Made by a program: the position numbers and the translations under genes. A DNA stretch of 64,000 bases from an uncultured Staphylococcaceae bacterium (GTDB taxonomy: Bacteria; Bacillota_I; Bacilli_A; RFN20; CAG-826): the NCBI GenBank assembly GCA_964371305.1, contig CAYJLA010000001.1, positions 51,139 to 115,138 on the forward strand, read 5' to 3'. The notes below the pieces were generated by a model that was not told where the DNA came from, searched no databases, and saw nothing but the letters and a program-made list of their open reading frames with translations. This document shows, piece by piece, positions 59,656 to 64,000 of this stretch (its first letter is position 1; each line of letters opens with the position of its first letter).

Positions 59656-62283
59656 CTATTTTTTCGCTTTGATTGCAGCTTGAGCAGCGGCTAAACGAGC
59701 AACAGGAACTCTATATGGTGAACATGATACATAATCAAGTCCAGCAGCGTTGAAGAATTCAATTGAGACAGGGTCTCCGCCGTGTTCTCCACAAACACCA
59801 ATGTGTAAGTCTTTATTTGCAGCTTTACCTAATTTACATGTCATTTCGATAAGTTTACCAACACCCTTAACATCTACTGTTGAGAATGGATCTTGTTCGA
59901 AGATTTTCTTTGAGTAGTAGTCAGGTAAGAATTTACCAGCATCATCACGGCTGAAACCGTAAGTCATTTGTGTTAAGTCGTTTGTACCAAATGAGAAGAA
60001 TTTTGCCTCAGGAGCGATTTCGTCTGCAAGAAGTGCAGCACGTGGAATTTCAATCATTGTACCAACGTGGTAGTTAAGTTTTTGTCCACTTGCAGCGATG
60101 ATTTTTTCACATGTGTCGACGATAACGCCTTTAACATATTTAAGTTCTTTAACATCTAATACAAGAGGTATCATAATTTCTGCAGTCAATGCTTTACCTA
60201 AATCTTTTTGAGCTCTTAAAGCAGCAGTAATAATTGCAGTTGCTTGCATACGAGCGATTTCTGGATAAGAAACGTCAAGTCTACATCCACGATGTCCCAT
60301 CATTGGGTTAAATTCGTGAAGAGAGTCAATACGTGTATGTAAAGCTTCAACTGTTACGCCGATTGCTTTTGCAAGTTCAACGATCTTTTCTTCTTCTTGT
60401 GGTAAGAATTCATGTAATGGTGGATCTAATAAACGTACGTTAACATTAAGTCCGTTCATAGCCATATATAATTCATAGAAATCTTTTTCTTGGTGAGGAA
60501 GAAGTTCAGCAAGAGCCGCTTCTCTACCTTCAAGTGTATCTGCAAGAATCATTTTTCTTACTGAGAATATACGTTCAGCATCAAAGAACATATGTTCTGT
60601 TCTACATAAACCAATACCTTCAGCACCGAAGTTAGCAGCAGTGACTGCATCTTTAGGTGTATCAGCATTATCACGTACATGTAATCTTCTATATTTGTCA
60701 GCCCAAGTCATAACTCTACCAAAGTATGATTCAAGTTTTGCTTCAACTGTTGGGATTTCGCCAGCATAAACGTCTCCTGTAGATCCGTTTACTGAGATAA
60801 CATCATTACATGTGAATACTTGTCCATTAATTGTTAATGTTTCAGCTTCTTCATCAATAACAGCAGCTGTACATCCAACTACACAACATGTACCCATACC
60901 ACGAGCAACAACAGCAGCGTGAGATGTCATACCACCGCGCATAGTTAAGATAGCTTGTGAAGCGATCATACCTTGAATATCTTCTGGAGAAGTTTCTGCA
61001 CGAACAAGAATTACTTTTTTGCCTGCAGCATTCATTTCTTCAGCTTGTTTTGCTGTAAATGCAGGGTGTCCTGTACCAGCACCTGGAGAGGCTGCTAAAC
61101 CAGTAGCAAGAGCTTTTGTTTTTTTCAATACTTCTGTATCAAATGTTGGGTGTAATAATGAATCTAATGATTGTGGTTCAACTCTCAAGACAGCTTCTTC
61201 TTCAGTAATTAAACCTTCATCAACTAAGTCACATGCGATTTTTAAAGCTGCAGCTGCAGTTCTTTTTCCGCTACGTGTTTGTAGGAAGTATAATACTTGA
61301 TCTTCAACCGTAAATTCCATGTCTTGCATGTCTTTGTAGTGTTTTTCCATTGCTTCAACAGTATCCATGAATTGTTTGTATACTGCAGGCATTTGTTCTT
61401 TAAGATAGTCGATGTGTAATGGAGTTCTGATACCAGCAACAACGTCTTCGCCTTGAGCGTTTGGTAAATATTCAGCAAAAATAAATTTTTCACCAGTTGA
61501 AGGTGAACGTGAGAATGCAACGCCAGTACCTGATGTTTCACCTTTGTTACCAAATACCATTGATTGTACGTTAACAGCAGTACCCCATTCGTAAGGAATG
61601 TTATTCATCATACGATAGATGTTTGCTCTTTCATTGTCCCATGATCTAAATACAGCAGAAACAGCTTCGATAAGTTGTTCACGTGGATCTTCAGGGAATT
61701 CTTCTCCAAAGATTGATACATAGTATGCTTTATATTTTGCAACTAATGCTTTTAATTCTTCTGCAGTGATTTCAGTATCTAATTTGTAACCGCGGTCATG
61801 CTTAAGTTGTTCAAGCATTTTGTCCATTTCTGTACGTGGATGTCCTTTTGCAATGTTTGTATACATTAATACGAAACGACGGTAGCAGTCATATGCAAAT
61901 CTTTCGTTTCCTGTTTCTTTTGCAAGAGTTTCAACAGTAATAGATGTTAAACCTAAGTTAAGAACTGTGTCCATCATACCAGGCATAGATGCTCTAGCGC
62001 CAGAACGAACAGATACTAATAATGGGTTTTTATTACCACCAAATACTTTTCCTGTTTCTTTTTCGATTTTTTCAACGTGTGTTAAAATTTCTTTTACTAC
62101 GTCTTGTGGAATTGATTTTCCGTTTTCATAATAAAGAGCACAAACTTCAGTAGAAATTGTAAAACCTTGTGGGATTGGTACTCCAATGCTAGTCATTTCA
62201 GCAAGGTTAGCGCCTTTACCACCAAGAATTTCTTTACCTATTCCTTTGGCTTCTTTAAAATTATAAACATATTTTTTACTCAT
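59656..62283 (-). CDS. ppdK: Pyruvate phosphate dikinase
   Basis: 875 aa. ATP-grasp N-terminus. Phosphohistidine domain GGMTSHAAVVARGMG. PEP-utilising TIM-barrel C-terminus with catalytic Cys (GVCGE). Confidence 0.9.
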   Translation of the reverse strand: MSKKYVYNFKEAKGIGKEILGGKGANLAEMTSIGVPIPQGFTISTEVCALYYENGKSIPQDVVKEILTHVEKIEKETGKVFGGNKNPLLVSVRSGARASMPGMMDTVLNLGLTSITVETLAKETGNERFAYDCYRRFVLMYTNIAKGHPRTEMDKMLEQLKHDRGYKLDTEITAEELKALVAKYKAYYVSIFGEEFPEDPREQLIEAVSAVFRSWDNERANIYRMMNNIPYEWGTAVNVQSMVFGNKGETSGTGVAFSRSPSTGEKFIFAEYLPNAQGEDVVAGIRTPLHIDYLKEQMPAVYKQFMDTVEAMEKHYKDMQDMEFTVEDQVLYFLQTRSGKRTAAAALKIACDLVDEGLITEEEAVLRVEPQSLDSLLHPTFDTEVLKKTKALATGLAASPGAGTGHPAFTAKQAEEMNAAGKKVILVRAETSPEDIQGMIASQAILTMRGGMTSHAAVVARGMGTCCVVGCTAAVIDEEAETLTINGQVFTCNDVISVNGSTGDVYAGEIPTVEAKLESYFGRVMTWADKYRRLHVRDNADTPKDAVTAANFGAEGIGLCRTEHMFFDAERIFSVRKMILADTLEGREAALAELLPHQEKDFYELYMAMNGLNVNVRLLDPPLHEFLPQEEEKIVELAKAIGVTVEALHTRIDSLHEFNPMMGHRGCRLDVSYPEIARMQATAIITAALRAQKDLGKALTAEIMIPLVLDVKELKYVKGVIVDTCEKIIAASGQKLNYHVGTMIEIPRAALLADEIAPEAKFFSFGTNDLTQMTYGFSRDDAGKFLPDYYSKKIFEQDPFSTVDVKGVGKLIEMTCKLGKAANKDLHIGVCGEHGGDPVSIEFFNAAGLDYVSCSPYRVPVARLAAAQAAIKAKK

Positions 62284-62464
62284 GATTTCCTCCTTGTAAA
62301 TTAAATGTTTTATTACCGATAATATTGTAGCACTAATAAATAATTAATTACATTAAAAAATGCAAACAACCATAAATTGCTAAATATTTGCGTGTAATTT
62401 TCTATAAACCTTAACGTATAAGTAAAATATCGTAAATAATTTTTAAGCAATTACTTAAGTGTCA

Positions 62465-63022
62465 TTATTTAAATGACAAGAAAAAAGCATATAAAACTGT
62501 ATCAATATATGCCTTATTGCTTGCGTTTAGATATTGGTCAAAATCATCTTTTTTTGTGCTCCAAAATAAGCGAGTTCCTGGCTCTGCTGCTGGTTCTGGA
62601 TTAGGATACCGTACTTGTTCACCGTTTGCTATTTCTATAGTCTCAAATAATTGTTCATCTACATAAAAATCGAATGTATAAAAACTTTTTTCTTCTAAAA
62701 GTCCATAAATTTTAGTGTCTTGATTTATTGTTTGAGTAAAGTCAAAAGGGGTTTGATGTGTATCTTCTTGATACCAATTAACATCAGCATAGCGTTTATT
62801 AAAATTTTCTAACGTTCCTTTTGAAACATCATTGATAGATAAATCAGGCGCAGACGTGCCTTCTTCGATATACTCGTATGTTGTTCCGGCCCAATTTCCT
62901 TCATTAGTCATATAGTAAGTAACTTGATGTGTTTCTGTTTGATTTGGTTCCATTGAACAGGCAGAAACTGTACTTATAACAAAGATAGTGGCGAATAATA
63001 ATGTGATGTTTTTGATTTTCAT
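62465..63022 (-). CDS. Lipoprotein (185 aa), function unknown
   Basis: Signal peptide with lipobox VSAC. Confidence 0.5.
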   Translation of the reverse strand: MKIKNITLLFATIFVISTVSACSMEPNQTETHQVTYYMTNEGNWAGTTYEYIEEGTSAPDLSINDVSKGTLENFNKRYADVNWYQEDTHQTPFDFTQTINQDTKIYGLLEEKSFYTFDFYVDEQLFETIEIANGEQVRYPNPEPAAEPGTRLFWSTKKDDFDQYLNASNKAYIDTVLYAFFLSFK

Positions 63023-63132
63023 ATGACATCTCCTTTTGTTTCAAGAAAAGTATAGCATTTACTACACAACTTGAAAAGAATACATGTAATCACTTAATGT
63101 AAAGTTCTTAAAAAATGCGTATAAGGAATTGA

Positions 63133-63924
63133 TTATAACTCAATGTACTTATTTCTGCTTGGTATAGTATTATAGTACTCTATAAATTCGAACATCGTTA
63201 ATTGTTGTTCTTTGCGTTTAAATTGTTCATTCCATTTAGCTGCTATTGAGACAAAAATAAAGAACATATATGGCATTCCTAAATTAGTTTCTAATAAGGA
63301 ATTTGCTACAAGAGTCATCATTTTAGCTTCAAATGTTTCAAATCCAGCTGATCTAATACCTCCAATAAGTAAAGAACATTCCCACGCAAATTGTACCAAT
63401 ATACCTATTGCTAATATCCAAGGAATATTAACGCGCCTTTCTCTTGTTACAATTAAGTTGTACACGATAACAAACAAATAACCGACAAATAATATAGCCG
63501 CCATGTAACCGTGATATGCGCCAGTAGTTCTTTGAATAATAATAGGGTCTTGAAAACCTCCAAAAGTTTGAGCTAGTAAAGGACATGCGATCCACCACAA
63601 AATAATTAAAAGTGAGTACTCAAATAAGTGCTTATCTTTTTTAAGCCACAACCATATCCACACGAAGTTTGTAAATCCATATGACATACTCATCCAAAGC
63701 AAAACCCAAAATAATGAATATCCATTGAATATTTCTCTACTACCTGTTGCAAGATGAAATATTCCATAATCCACAACCATATAAAGAATGCCTGCTAAAA
63801 CACCTATAAGAAGTGTCATATACTTCTTTTTATAAACAAGTAAACCTACAAAAAATAGTAAAAACACAATATCAAAGTATATATACATTATATCAAATTG
63901 TCTTCTTGCGATAATCTCTACCAT
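63133..63924 (-). CDS. Polytopic membrane protein (263 aa), function unknown
   Basis: About 7 hydrophobic helices. No diagnostic motif recognised. Confidence 0.4.
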   Translation of the reverse strand: MVEIIARRQFDIMYIYFDIVFLLFFVGLLVYKKKYMTLLIGVLAGILYMVVDYGIFHLATGSREIFNGYSLFWVLLWMSMSYGFTNFVWIWLWLKKDKHLFEYSLLIILWWIACPLLAQTFGGFQDPIIIQRTTGAYHGYMAAILFVGYLFVIVYNLIVTRERRVNIPWILAIGILVQFAWECSLLIGGIRSAGFETFEAKMMTLVANSLLETNLGMPYMFFIFVSIAAKWNEQFKRKEQQLTMFEFIEYYNTIPSRNKYIEL

Positions 63925-64000
63925 AACTACATAATAATTCTTATCGAATAAAATTTAAAGTAAGAAAACATGTAATTAATTTTGCAAAACGTAATTAGAA

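Overview
The window is a gene-dense, AT-rich (about 30% GC) origin-of-replication region with Bacillus-like synteny. It uses the standard genetic code: TGA is a stop and Trp is TGG. Many predicted lipoproteins with C-terminal-Cys lipoboxes and a YfhO-type membrane protein suggest a wall-less or low-GC Firmicutes/Mollicutes-like lineage such as Acholeplasma or Erysipelotrichia; that placement is inference. The core block is rpmH-rnpA-yidC-jag-mnmE on the plus strand, divergent across an AT-rich region with DnaA boxes from dnaA-dnaN-yaaA-recF-gyrB-gyrA on the minus strand. That block is followed by a glycosyltransferase-like gene, serS, two tandem MacB-type ABC ATPase-permease fusions, an SRP (4.5S) RNA and tadA. 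An inverted dnaX-ybaB-recR-tmk-holB-ricT(yaaT)-rsmI block sits at 2.6-8.6 kb. Housekeeping genes (metG, rpmE, gpmA, tldD/pmbA, tatD, rnmV, ksgA, ispE, glmU, ppdK) are interspersed with accessory genes. The accessory genes include a GH31 alpha-glucosidase convergent with a large lipoprotein, a CBM48-like lipoprotein, a P-type ATPase-psuG-tetR operon, and a five-gene surface-protein operon containing an orphan 524-aa type-IV-prepilin-like protein. At the 5' window edge there is a partial minus-strand gene, absent from the ORF track, encoding a polytopic membrane domain fused to a McrB-family AAA+ GTPase domain. The most unusual candidates are this membrane-anchored McrB-like protein, the orphan giant pilin-like operon, and an M50/site-2-protease homologue with a mutated HExxH motif. 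No CRISPR array, rRNA or tRNA was seen.
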